This document shows positions 52,461-64,000 of a DNA stretch of 64,000 bases, one piece after another. The notes beneath the pieces are model-generated. The model worked only from the letters and a program-made list of their open reading frames with translations. It had not been told where the DNA came from and did no database searches. The first letter of the stretch is position 1. Each line of letters starts with the position of its first letter. Origin of the DNA: Octopus bimaculoides (taxonomy: Eukaryota); contig NC_068984.1 of NCBI RefSeq assembly GCF_001194135.2, positions 104,464,091 through 104,528,090 on the forward strand. The letters are read 5' to 3'. Made by a program: the position numbers and the translations under genes.

Positions 52461-53870
52461 CATATGTAGGGAACAAATAATATAAACTTGTGCTTATCAT
52501 AATAAACCCAATATATATATATATAGGCACATAAAAAGCACCCACTACACACTCAGAATGGTTGGTGTTAGGAAGGGCATCCAGCTGTAGAAACACTGCC
52601 AGATCAGATTGGGGCCTGGTGCAGCCTCCTGGCTTCCCAGACCCCAGTCAAACCGTCCAACCCATGCCAGCATGGAAAACGGACGTAAAACGACGATGAT
52701 GATGATGATGATGATGATGATGATATATATATATATATATATCAGAAATTATCAGAAAAGCCATTTCTATTCATTTTTTTCAAATATATATATATATATC
52801 ATTCATCGAAAAATCAAAACAGGTTGAATTAAGAAATCTCTGGCTATGCTTCTTACATTTAGACTGTAGATTTGACAAAGCCACAAAATGTTTTGTGATC
52901 TATTTTTACTCTTTGAAGTATCAAAGCTGGCAATACATTGAGTTTTATCCACAAAATTACTGCCGTGCAACACCTCATTATAATCAGAAGAAACTCTTAT
53001 AGGTCTAACTTCCTCCAGAGACAAAAAGAAGCACTTCTTTTTCCTTGAATGAAGGCACATTTATGAGCACTTTTCATTATTATAATGTTTACTAATATTA
53101 AGAATGAAGTTTAGGAAAATATTAGGCAATTGGTTAGAATTCTAATCAATATAACATACATTTTCAATAGGTTTTCATTAAGAATAGAATAGATTCAAAT
53201 CTTGATTTACATCTAAAATAATATTTGAATAATGATTATTGACTATAATCCTTAAATTTCTTTAAACAACTTTACAAGATCTTTTTCAAGTTTTTCAAAT
53301 TGCTTGCTATTTGCAGAGAGTCCATCATCTATGTATAAGCCTGCCCTAATGTTAGGAAATTTTTGTATAATACTAAAATGTAAATTCTGATAATTTCACA
53401 TAATTCTCTCTCATCAAAAACTCTCATGGTGGAACATCAAACAATCCATCTCCATTTGTATTTTACCAAAAAAGAATTATCAAAAAACAAAAAAGGATTT
53501 TGTAACAAGGAAAATTATATTACTATCAGAATCACTGATGGATATGATGCTATTTGCTGAGGCTAAAACTTTGAAGAGATGATGAACATCAGTTCTATCA
53601 AACTGGGTAAATTTACATTGTTGTCTATTGTTTATATTATTAGACCGTTGGAAAAATATAACAGAGGAAAAATATAACAGAGGAAAAATATAACAGTATA
53701 ATTGAATCTAGAACATGTTGATTCTATTTCTGAGGGATTAATAAGTGTGCATTTAGGGTTACTAGAAAATTAGATTTGTGATTTGCAAGGGTGATAAAAG
53801 CAGTACAAAGTGGGTAAATATTCTAATCTCTCTCCTGTCACACATACATATACATCACATATATAAACAG

Positions 53871-53982
<112 letters not shown>

Positions 53983-55069
53983 ATGACCTGTGGGATAAAA
54001 TGTGAATACAGTGAACCACTACCCATCTCTGTGGAAGACAATATGACACCATATGATCTCCATTAAAGTTTAGCTTCTTCACTCTGACTTCGAAATGTTT
54101 ACAGTTTTAAGACGGAAATAGTATATTGTGTAACATCTATTCAAGTAGCAATTTTCTAAAAAAATATGTTTTTATACAACTGGACACTTTTCCAGTTGAT
54201 AATACTTCAGTCAGAAAATAAGATGTGAGCCTGTTAATTATTAGGGTGGTTGAGGCAGCAAGGATAATGATTCTGGTATGCATGCTTGAATTTATGACTA
54301 TGTGTTCAGTAGTCAAACATCAAAAGTTCACCTCTATTCTATTTCTCGTAATCCTATCAGTTTAGTTTTTTTTCTGTTCTAGTTTGAATTTTGGGAAGAT
54401 GATGAAGATGATGTGGATGATGGGCTATTAGAAGGGTGATTTGTAGGCCATTGGTAGGCCAATGATCAATATTAACTAATAACCATCAAGGTCACTAAAA
54501 ATTACAGCCAGTCAAACAGAATGAAATATATTGAAAAACAGGTGTAATTCATCTTTTTGTTTCTTCTACATCTACCCCTTATAGTTTCAACATATTTACA
54601 TATACGTAAGTCTATATATGTTTAATAAAGAATGGTAGACTAACAGATAATTTGATTCATTTATTCTTATGCACACAAAATTTATGTTTTTGTTTGATAA
54701 CAAAAAAACTTTCAAGTGTGACTACAATGTGAGAGGTACAATATACTTATTTATTTGTTTCTAGAGGTGTAATAAAAGGATAATTTGATCAGTTTTTCTC
54801 CAAAACAATATCAAAATGAAAAAAAAAANNNNNNNNNNNNNNNNNNNNNNNNNNNNNNNNNNNNNNNNNNNNNNNNNNNNNNNNNNNNNNNNNNNNNNNN
54901 NNNNNNNNNNNNNNNNNNNNNNNNNNNNNNNNNNNNNNNNNNNNNNNNNNNNNNNNNNNNNNNNNNNNNNNNNNNNNNNNNNNNNNNNNNNNNNNNNNNN
55001 NNNNNNNNNNNNCACCAACACCACTGTTGCTGCATCAAATAATAATAATAATAATAATAATAATCTTTT

Positions 55070-56318
55070 CTACTCTAGGCACAAGGCCCGAAATTTTGGG
55101 GAGGGGCCAGTCGATTAGATTGACCCCAGTATGCAATTGGTACTTAATTTATCAACCCTGAAAGGATGAAAGGCAAAGTCAACCTCAGCGGAATTTGAAC
55201 TCAGAACATAAAGACAGACGAAATACCACTAAACATTTCGCCCGATGTGCTAACGATTCTGCCAGCAATAATAAAAATAATAATCATAATTTTGGCACAA
55301 GGCCAGCGATTTCAAGGAGTAAATGAAATGCATCAACCCAAGTACTCAAATGTAACTTATTTTATCGATCCCCAAAGACAACCTTGGTGGAATTTGAACT
55401 CGGAACGTGAAGACGTACAAAATGCCACTAAGCATTTCACCCAGTGTGCTAACGATCCTGCCAGCTCATCACTTGATAATCTTTATTAGCCAAAAGTACA
55501 AAAGGAATATATTACAATTTTAGTTATTTAATTACTGAATGGGATTTAAAGTAAAAAGGTAGACATTCTAATCTGGTCCGTTATTTTCTGGATCAAGGCA
55601 CACTGCAGCCAGACAAGAGTACACTATTTAATACTTGAGAGAATTACAGTCAGCAGTTTAGCATAGAGTACTAGAGAGTATGAGAAGCAGAGAGTAGTAC
55701 ACTAAAAATTATGAGAATGAGAGATCTATCTTCCTACAGTTAGAGGAAAATTGGTTTACTGCTGCAGGGAATTTGTCCTGAGTATCTGGTACCTATTCTT
55801 CTCAAAGATTTAAAAGGAAGCATTTAGAATTAAGGATTTTGCACAGAGATGTTACTACTGGTAAAGAATGAAAAGTATTTCATTTGGGACTCTACTGTTT
55901 TAGCCACTCTGCCTTGGGGATAATGATGACGATGATGATGAAGATAATAATAACAATAATAATAATAATGATGCTAACAATAACAAAGAAACTAATAATA
56001 ATAAAAATAGTTTCAAATTTTGGCACAAGATCAGCAATTTTGGGGGAGGAGGCAAGTCAGTTGCATCAATCCAGGCTTCAACTGGTACTTATTTTATCAA
56101 CCCTGAAAGGATGAAAGGCAAAGTTGACCTCTATGGAATTTTAACTCAGAATGTGCAGATGGATGAATAATAATAATAAAAATAACACTAATGATAATAA
56201 TTCATAAGATAGGCACAAGATTCTAAATTGGTGAAGGGGATTAGTTAATTAATTTGACTGCAGTACTTGACTAGTACTTTAGTTCAGTTAAGTACTGGGA
56301 TTGATATGATGAAGATGA

Positions 56319-56368
<50 letters not shown>

Positions 56369-57242
56369 ATAATAATAATAATAATAAACCGTTCTACTAT
56401 AGGCACAAGTCCTGAAATTTTGGGGGAGAGGGCTAATTTATTACATCGAGCCCAGTACACTTATGGCCTTGAAAGGATGAAAGGCAAAGTTGACTTTTGT
56501 CTTTGTAAATTAGAAGTGCATGAGAACTGGTATACACACAGGATAGAGCCAGTCATGGGGAACAATAATGCTAAAATTATATAGGGTTTTAAAGTACAAA
56601 TGGGTAGAATGATTGAGCGTTGTTGACTGGTCATCATTTTGGTAGTCAAAGAGGCCCACAATATTTTCATAATTGTTATAGCAGTCCCAGGTGTTCATAA
56701 TGTAACAGCTAAAGAAGTTGAATAGATTACCAGTTATGTAAGCTTGGAGGTGGAACTAGAAAGAATGTGAAACACCACTACTAGAGTTATTCCTGTAGTG
56801 GCAGGAGGTCTATTTCAAAGAAACTGCTACAATTCCTTAACCAATTTAGAATCAGATATGAAATTGGCACTTTACAAAAAAAAAAAACCCCCAAAAAAAC
56901 TGCCTTATAAAGCACTGCTTATATCCTGCAAAAGGTTCTCTCTTTCAGAAATCTCAGACCTGATGGAAAGACCTTAAAAGAAAATCAAGTTAATTTTTAG
57001 AAACTGAGAAGCAGAAGAAAAATAATAATAAAGGTTTCAAATTTTGGCAGAAGGCCAGAAATATTGGAGGATGGGGTAAGTTGATTGCATAGCCCCTAGT
57101 GCTCAACCGGTACTTATTTTATCAACCCCAAAAGGATGAAAAGTGAACCTTAGCAGAATTTGAACTCAGAATGTAAAGATGGACGAAATGCTGCTAAGCA
57201 TTTTGCCTGGCATTCTAACAACTCTGTCAGTTTACTGCCTTG

Positions 57243-57287
<45 letters not shown>

Positions 57288-57620
57288 TAATAATAATAAT
57301 TTCAAACATAGACACAAGACTCTAAATTAGGGAGGAGGGGTAGTCAATTAAATTGAATCTAGTACTGGACTAGTACTTTAATTCAATGTAATCTGGAGTT
57401 ATTTAATAATAATAATTCTTTCTAATTTTACCACTAGGCCAGTAATTTTGAGGTGGGAGAGAGTCAACTACACTAACCCCAGTACTTGACTGGTACTTAT
57501 TTTATCAACCCCGAAAGGGTGGAAGGCAAAGTCAACCTTGGTAGTATTTAAACTCTGAAATTGAAACCAGAAGAAATGCCATTAAACGTTTTGTCTAGCA
57601 CAGTAACAATTTTGCCAGCT
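55070..57620 (+). mobile_element. Cluster of a second SINE-like family among TAA/CTA microsatellites
   Basis: Motif gaccccagt..actggtacttattttatc.accc.gaaaggatgaaaggcaaagt.gacct..g.gaatttgaactcagaa at ~55070, 55290, 56020, 56390, 57040 and 57420; also at 25210-25680. Confidence 0.75.
56515..56995 (+). mobile_element. R4/Dong-like REL endonuclease 3' fragment
   Basis: WYTHRIEPVMGNNNAKII...IAVPGVHNVTAKEVE*ITSY...ERM*NTTTRVIPVVAGGL. Confidence 0.65.
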
Positions 57621-59879
57621 CACAGCTTTAATGATAATAAGGATGATGATGATGGTGATGATGATGATGTTGATAGTAATATTTATGTTTCTCAAGAGAT
57701 AACAAATAACTATAATAATGTTTTTCCTCCCCAGATCTTTGTCTCGCTGGAATTTCATCTCCGTGCATGTTTTCTGTGCAAGCATCAATTCCTAAGTGTT
57801 CAAGAGAAATAAATGCTAACCATGCTGTTGTCACTGGGGCTGAAGGGGCTGAAGACGAAGTTAATGAATTATGTAAAAAAGAGAACAGGTGTATTTATTA
57901 ATAGGTAAGGTCTTAGAACAAATTAAACTAAGTTGTGTGAGTGAAACAAACTTAAAACAACAACAACAATAAACAAAAAAGCCCTGCTTTTAAATAGATT
58001 AAACTTATAACAAGAACTGAGAGAAATTTGACATCACGACAGATCAATATCTATCTGCAGCTGCATTTCTTTTTCCAAGCTTGTATTCCTTAATTTCACA
58101 ATGTATTGCTATTGAACAATAACAATAGTAATACCATCTATACAGAAGAGAAGCCTGGAAGATTAAATTAAAATTTAGGAGAGTAGTCATGTTAAAAGTA
58201 GATGGTTGGTGGAATCATTACAGATGGTATTTGTTCTAACTTTCAGTGTTTTGAGTTTAAATCTCACTCAAATCAAGTTTTCCTTTTATCCTTCTGGAAG
58301 CAATAAAATAAAATACCAGTCAAGTACTAGGATCAACTTCTCTCTTTCTCAGAATAGGCTGCACTATGAGAATGACATGGGTGGGGGAACCATTACGACA
58401 TCACTTTCTTCCTATAAGACAATTACTTTTACTTTGTCTATATTAGAAGAATGTAATTACTAAAATTCTGGAAAATGAATGATGATAATTGACACATTAC
58501 ATAACAAAAAAGGGCAGATGACTCAGATGGCACTGATTAATCATTTCAGAAAATTTAAGAACATGTCTGGTATGAATACCAGATAAATAATAAGCACAAA
58601 TTTGAACACTGGAGACCTTAAAACAAAAGTTATTGATTGGAAATGATAGATTAAAAGATATAGTATTAGAGAAAATCAGATCAATAATGCTTTTTAAAAT
58701 GTTCCCTAAAATTCTTTTATAGAAAGATACACAGAGGTAGATAAAATATATACCAAAGAAAAGTCAGAGATAGTTTGAAAACCTTTTAAAAGTGATAAAA
58801 ATTACAGTTGGTCAGCAGTTTCTGAGCAAGTGTTATTTTAGATGCTTTTTTTATTGACACTGCTTGTATGACAGTGACTCAAGTATTCATGTGATATCAA
58901 GACTAGGAGACACAAACACACATATTCAGACATACATATATTAAAAGCACTCTTCCTAAGACATTATAGTATTTGAGTCAAAGTTTGGCAACTGAAAATG
59001 CTCTGAAATTGTATGCATCTTAAATATTTTGGAAACTGTTATTTAATGTATGCCACAAACTTTCAATATCCTCTTATATCAATAGGGAATAGTTGCTTAG
59101 AAGGCTTTGAGAGCAAAAATGGTCTCAAAAAGAGACTAAAAGATGACCTATTTAACTAGTCCTTATTGTTACTAGTAATTATCTTATAAACTGCTCTCAA
59201 AAAATATTATCTAATACGAAGATGGAACATTTAAAAAATAATAAGTTAGTCCTGACCTCATAATCATATGGATTAATTAACCAGCTATTTATTAACAAAT
59301 GCTTTAATAGCAAGATGGCCCACTGATGCAAATATATGCAAGACGAAATTGTCAAGTGCTTAAATTGATTACTAGAAAACCTCTTTGATTCAGTAATGCA
59401 AGAACTAAAATAATGGCACTTCACAAATTTAATGAGACTATGATCATCTTCAAAATAGTAATATCTGACAGATCTTATTGTCTCTAGGATGTGTCATAGT
59501 GGTAGTACATCTGGCCTCAATGTTATTCTCTACTTGAGGTGAGCCTAACTCTTTTGATACATTTCTGCCTGAGACTACCCCAAGTGCTATGATACAAATT
59601 CCCTGTTTTAAAGTGATCCAAATTAAAACTTCCATCAAAATTTCATATTAATTTATGTTCTAAACACCAAAGTTAATTCAATAAATTCTTTATTATTTCC
59701 AAAATTAATTGAAACAAAAGCAGCGTATTTCGACAAAAATATGGTAACAAAAGGATTAGTGCACTGCAAAAAATAAAAAGCAACAAATGGTCAGTTTGAT
59801 AGTTTCTGTGATATTTTGAAATTCAAGTGCAAGTATTATTTCATTAAAATATCCTTTGGTCTGGAAAAATGCAAGCAGT

Positions 59880-61720
59880 TCACTGCACAATGAAACAGAC
59901 TGGTGAGTCTGTAAAAGATTTACTACAGAGGAGTTGGATATTCTACATTGAAAAGATATCTGGGTGTAGTAGTGGACTGGAATATAAATGATTTATTAAA
60001 TTAGACACAGATACTGAAATCAGAGAACTAAACCAGAACCACCCATAAAAATATTTAGGGATTCATTGAACTAATACAATGCATGAAAAGAAAAGAGAAA
60101 ATTAGTAATGAATACTATTGAAAGCCAACCAAATATTAAAAATTGAATTCCATTTTAGAAATATGATAATTAGCTATCCTAGTTATAAACTACAGTTTGA
60201 ACTTGATAAAATTAAATGAACCGGAGAACTTAGAAAACCCCATGAAACTACTTACAGTATTCTGAAGTCATCACTTCAAAGCTGATGTAAATGAAATATA
60301 TTTTCCTGCATACAGGAAAGGTGGAAAAGACTACAACAAAAATAATGACAGTGGGACAATAAATGTACTTAGAAGCAAGTAAAGAGAAACTGATTACTAT
60401 AAGAAGGAGATATGAAGGAAACACGAAGGAGACATTCACAAAGTTCCTGTGTATAAAAAGAAACAATAAAACATAAATTGGAAATGAACTACATTAAAGA
60501 AAATGATTTAGATAAGGACAGCAAAACAAAAAACAAAAAAACAAAAGACAAAAATCAAAGTAGAAATTCCAAAATATAAGAAAAATGAAGAAAAAAACTA
60601 TTTCATAACAGCATTCCAGAAGACTTAATATGTTTATTCAGACTGACAAGGAGATCAACACAACCAGCTCAGATATAATTATCAAGGGCTAGAATCAAAA
60701 TGTTATGAAAGAACAATAAACCACCTTTTCTACATGGATAACCTCAAGTCATATATTGTAGTGATAAGCAACTAAAAACACTGCTGCAGATGGTATATGT
60801 ATTAAAGGAATTAATATGAAATTCTGATTAGAAAAATGCATCAAAGCAACCTTGAAAAGAAGAAAATTAATTAAGAAAATTAATGTCATACTAAATAAAG
60901 AAACAGAGACGAGAGAATTAGATCAACCAGAAGCTTACAAAGTGGAGGCACATGGCCTAGTGGTTAGAGCAGCAGACTCACGGTCGAGGGATCATGGGTT
61001 CGAATCTCAGACTGGGTGATGTGTGAGTTTATGAGTGAAACACCTAAGCTCCACGTGGCTCCGGCAGAAGGTAATGGCGAACTTCTGCTGACTTTTTTGC
61101 CACAACTTTCTCTCACTCTTTCCCACTGCATCTAGCAGCTCACCTGATGGACTGGCGTCCTGTCCAGGTGGGGAACCTATACGCCATTGAAACCAAGAAA
61201 CCTGCCCTTATGAGCCAGGCATGGCTCGAGAAGGAACAAACAACAACAAGCTTACAAATGCCTAGGAATCTATGAACTAGGTTACAGTACAATATACACA
61301 AATGAAGTAAAATGTTAGGAAAGGACTATTATAAATTCATTAGATATACACCTAAAATAAAGCTAAAACAAAAATAAGGTAAGAGACTTCAATATTTAAG
61401 CTATCCTTGTAGTAAGTTGTAGTTATAATATTTTCAGCTGAATGCTAAATAAATTAGCAAGACTAGACAGAAAAAAAAACTTGAAGGAAGTAATAACTGC
61501 ATTTAGAATACACCATACAAAATCTGACAGAAAAAGAGTGAATACACCATGAACCTAGTGGGGGACTGAAAAGCTCTATTTAAAAACTATCAAATATTTA
61601 GTGAAGAACAATGGGAAACTGGAACAAATAGCTACAAAACACAAACAAAAGAATTGCAATCTCTTTTCAAGAAAGCCAACAAATACAGAAAAAGTATCAG
61701 ACAGATCATTATAATTTTTA
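59880..61720 (+). mobile_element. R4/Dong-like RT fragments (at least two pieces), interrupted by a SINE
   Basis: INHLFYMDNLKSY (~60715-60755), KYLGI-like, LAI(P/L)V..YS and ADVN..Y...KGGK motifs, heavily decayed. Confidence 0.55.
60942..61247 (+). mobile_element. tRNA-derived SINE, complete, with 11-bp target-site duplication
   Basis: A box TGGCCTAGTGG, B box GGTTCGAATCT, (CAA)n tail. AAGCTTACAAA at 60931-60941 and 61248-61258. Confidence 0.9.
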
Positions 61721-62009
61721 TGTTAATTTTCCTAATTGGTATTAGTTGGGTAGCTTATAACAGTTTGAATCAGTTCTTATCTGGAGAATCTGTCCTCCTA
61801 TACAAATCAGGGACCATGTCTTGCTAGTATGTTCCATTTTATTATGGTTTCTATGGCTGGATGTCTTTGACACAAAGCAATTTACAGAGTGTACTGGGTA
61901 CATTTTATTATGGCACCAGTGGTAAAAAGTGAAAGGGCTTTGCACGTTCTCAACAAAGCTAAAGAGTTTTATATTTCTGGACATGTTCCCTGTAACAGTA
62001 AACCAATTT

Positions 62010-62240
62010 TTCTCTATGAACAGCTAAACTCCTTCCTCTCTTTTGTCCAATCCTTCCATACTGCCCTCAAATTCTCCTGCACCATTTCCAACACTTCCAT
62101 CGCCTTTCTCGACATTTCGGTCAACATACACAACTTTCACTACCTTCTTCCACTACAAACACTCAGACTCACACTCATACCTCAACTTCTCCTCCTCCCA
62201 CCCTACCCACACCAAGCTCTTGATCCACTACTTCCAATTC
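62010..62240 (+). mobile_element. Penelope-like RT fragment (same family as 4127-5984)
   Basis: QLNSFLSFVQSFHTALKFSCTISNTSIAFLDISVNIHN...HSYLNFSSSHPTHTK. Confidence 0.85.
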
Positions 62241-62244
62241 CTTT

Positions 62245-63295
62245 GTCTGTGCAGGCTGAAAATGTGCAGAAAACAGCTTCTGTCACATGCCAGGGGGAAA
62301 AACTAGAAGTAGTTGATAGCTTCCATTACCTAAGTAACCAAGTCAGTAGTGGGAGTGGATGCTCTGAGAGTGTAGCTGCTAGAATAAGAATAGCCTGGGC
62401 AAAGTTCAGAGAGGTCCTGTCTTTGCTGGTGACAAAGGGCCTCTTGCTCAGAGTAAAAGGTAGACTGTATGACGCATGTGTGTGAACAGCCATGCTACAT
62501 GGCAGTGAAACATGGGCCGTGGCTGCTGAGGACATGCATAAGCTTGCAAGGAATAAAACTAGTATGCTCTGCTGGATGTGTAATGTCAGTGTGCACACAC
62601 GATAGAGTGTATGCGCTCTGAGAGAAAAGTTGGACATAAGAAACATCAAATGTGGTGTGCAAGAGAGATGATTGTGCTGGGATAGTCATGTGCTGCATAT
62701 GGATGAGGACAGCTGTGTGAAAAAGTGTCACACCTTAGCAGTAGAGGGAACCTGTGGAAGAGGTAGACCCAAAAAGACCTGGGATGAGGTGGTGAAGCAT
62801 GACTTTCAAATGTTGGGCCTCACAGAGGCGATGACAAGTGACCAAGACCTTTGGAGATATGCTGTGCATGAGAAGACCTGGTAAGCCAAGTGAGACCATA
62901 ACCGTGGCCTATGCCAGTGCAGCATAATCAGCCCGTTTAAGAGTACCCTTCAATCATTGGGCAATAAACTGCGCTTGTGAAGACCTGTTGAGTCAAGTGA
63001 AGTCATTGTCATGGCTGATGACAGTGCCGCCTGACTTGCACATGTGCCAGTGGCATGTAAAAAGTACCATTCGAGCGTGGGCGATGTCAGTACTGCCTGA
63101 CTGGCACTCATGCCGGTGGCATATAAAAGCACCTACTACACTCTCAGAGTGATTGGAGTTAGGAAGGGCATCCAGCTGTAGAAACTTTGCCAGATCAGAT
63201 TAGATCCTGGTGCAGCCTTCTGGCTTGCCAGCCCTCAGTCAAACCGTCCAACCCATGCCAGCATGGAGAGTGGACGTTAAACGACGACGATGACG
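62245..63295 (+). mobile_element. RTE-clade LINE 3' end with 3' UTR and (GAT/GAC)n tail
   Basis: LEVVDSFHYL...RIRIAWAKFRE...KGRLYDACV*TAMLHGSETW...GRGRPKKTW. The same 3' UTR recurs alone at ~3886-4120, 16686-16940, 52526-52722 (+) and 63790-64000 (-). Confidence 0.85.
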
Positions 63296-63311
63296 GCAGT
63301 GGTGGCGGTGA

Positions 63312-63354
<43 letters not shown>

Positions 63355-64000
63355 TTTGTACATATCTTTTGGTAGTGTTTATTGGCAAAAGATGTAAACT
63401 TCAACAGGAAAATCAAAATTATAAATTCCTTTGTGATATTTGTTCCGCATGAATAATACAGACAATCCTTTGTTGCTAATGTGATTGTAGTTGTGGTGAA
63501 ACAGTGATTGACTATTTAGTAAAAAGGAGTCAACAAATTTTTTGTTTACAAAATGTTATATGGAATATAATAAATGAGAAGTAAATGAATTAAAACTGAG
63601 AAAATTAAGTTAGATTTAGACATTGAAATTAGAGAATGAGAATGAAATTACAAATATCAATACAAAGGAATTGATAGAACTGTTAATGTATGATGTAACA
63701 AAATAAGACTTAGAAAGGAGTACCACATAATAAAATAGAAGAAGAAAGGAATACATTATAGGGAATAGAAGCAACTTAGAAAGGAGTATCATCATCATCA
63801 TCATCATCGTTTAACGTCCGCTTTCCATGCTAGCATGGGTTGGACGATTTGACTGAGGACTGGTGAAACCGGATGGCAACACCAGGCTCCAGTCTGATTT
63901 GGCAGAGTTTCTACAGCTGGATGCCCTTCCTAACGCCAACCACTCAGAGAGTGTAGTGGGTGCTTTTACGTGTCACCCGCACGAAAACGGCCACGCTCGA

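Noticed and set aside
52803-53060. 85-aa minus ORF with AAT|GTAAGA donor as an upstream exon
   Set aside because: Atypical acceptor (GAG), an open frame also on the plus strand, and no recognisable domain; unresolved.
60942-61020. tRNA gene
   Set aside because: A and B boxes are present, but there is no complete cloverleaf; this is a SINE head with body, tail and TSD.

Overview
AT-rich, gapped animal genomic scaffold. The tRNA-derived SINE families and the dense (CA)n/(AT)n/(ATC)n microsatellites point to an Octopus species. Most of the window is intronic or intergenic DNA filled with decayed transposons: Penelope-like elements (one Poseidon/Neptune-like, two Naiad-like), a Tx1/L1 LINE, RTE and R4/Dong fragments, a Gypsy remnant with its 3' LTR, Tc1 and mariner elements, MITEs and many SINEs. 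The best-supported coding feature is a ~2 kb minus-strand exon (10969-8993, clean AG/GT ends). It encodes a low-complexity segment with at least 8 near-identical 38-aa repeats, then six 19-aa repeats each carrying a YDDV/YDDI/YEDI/YEDV motif, then EPLYA, EPVYT, DYEDI and TEYEYI motifs. This looks like a phosphotyrosine signalling scaffold or receptor tail. Phase-compatible candidate exons lie at 39941-39867, 34970-34854 (GC donor) and 8826-8771. A disabled PINCH/LIMS retrocopy lies at 2855-2512, and there are several long inverted repeats, some with hammerhead-like cores. I could not name the host gene. Family assignments are motif recognition from memory, not database searches.
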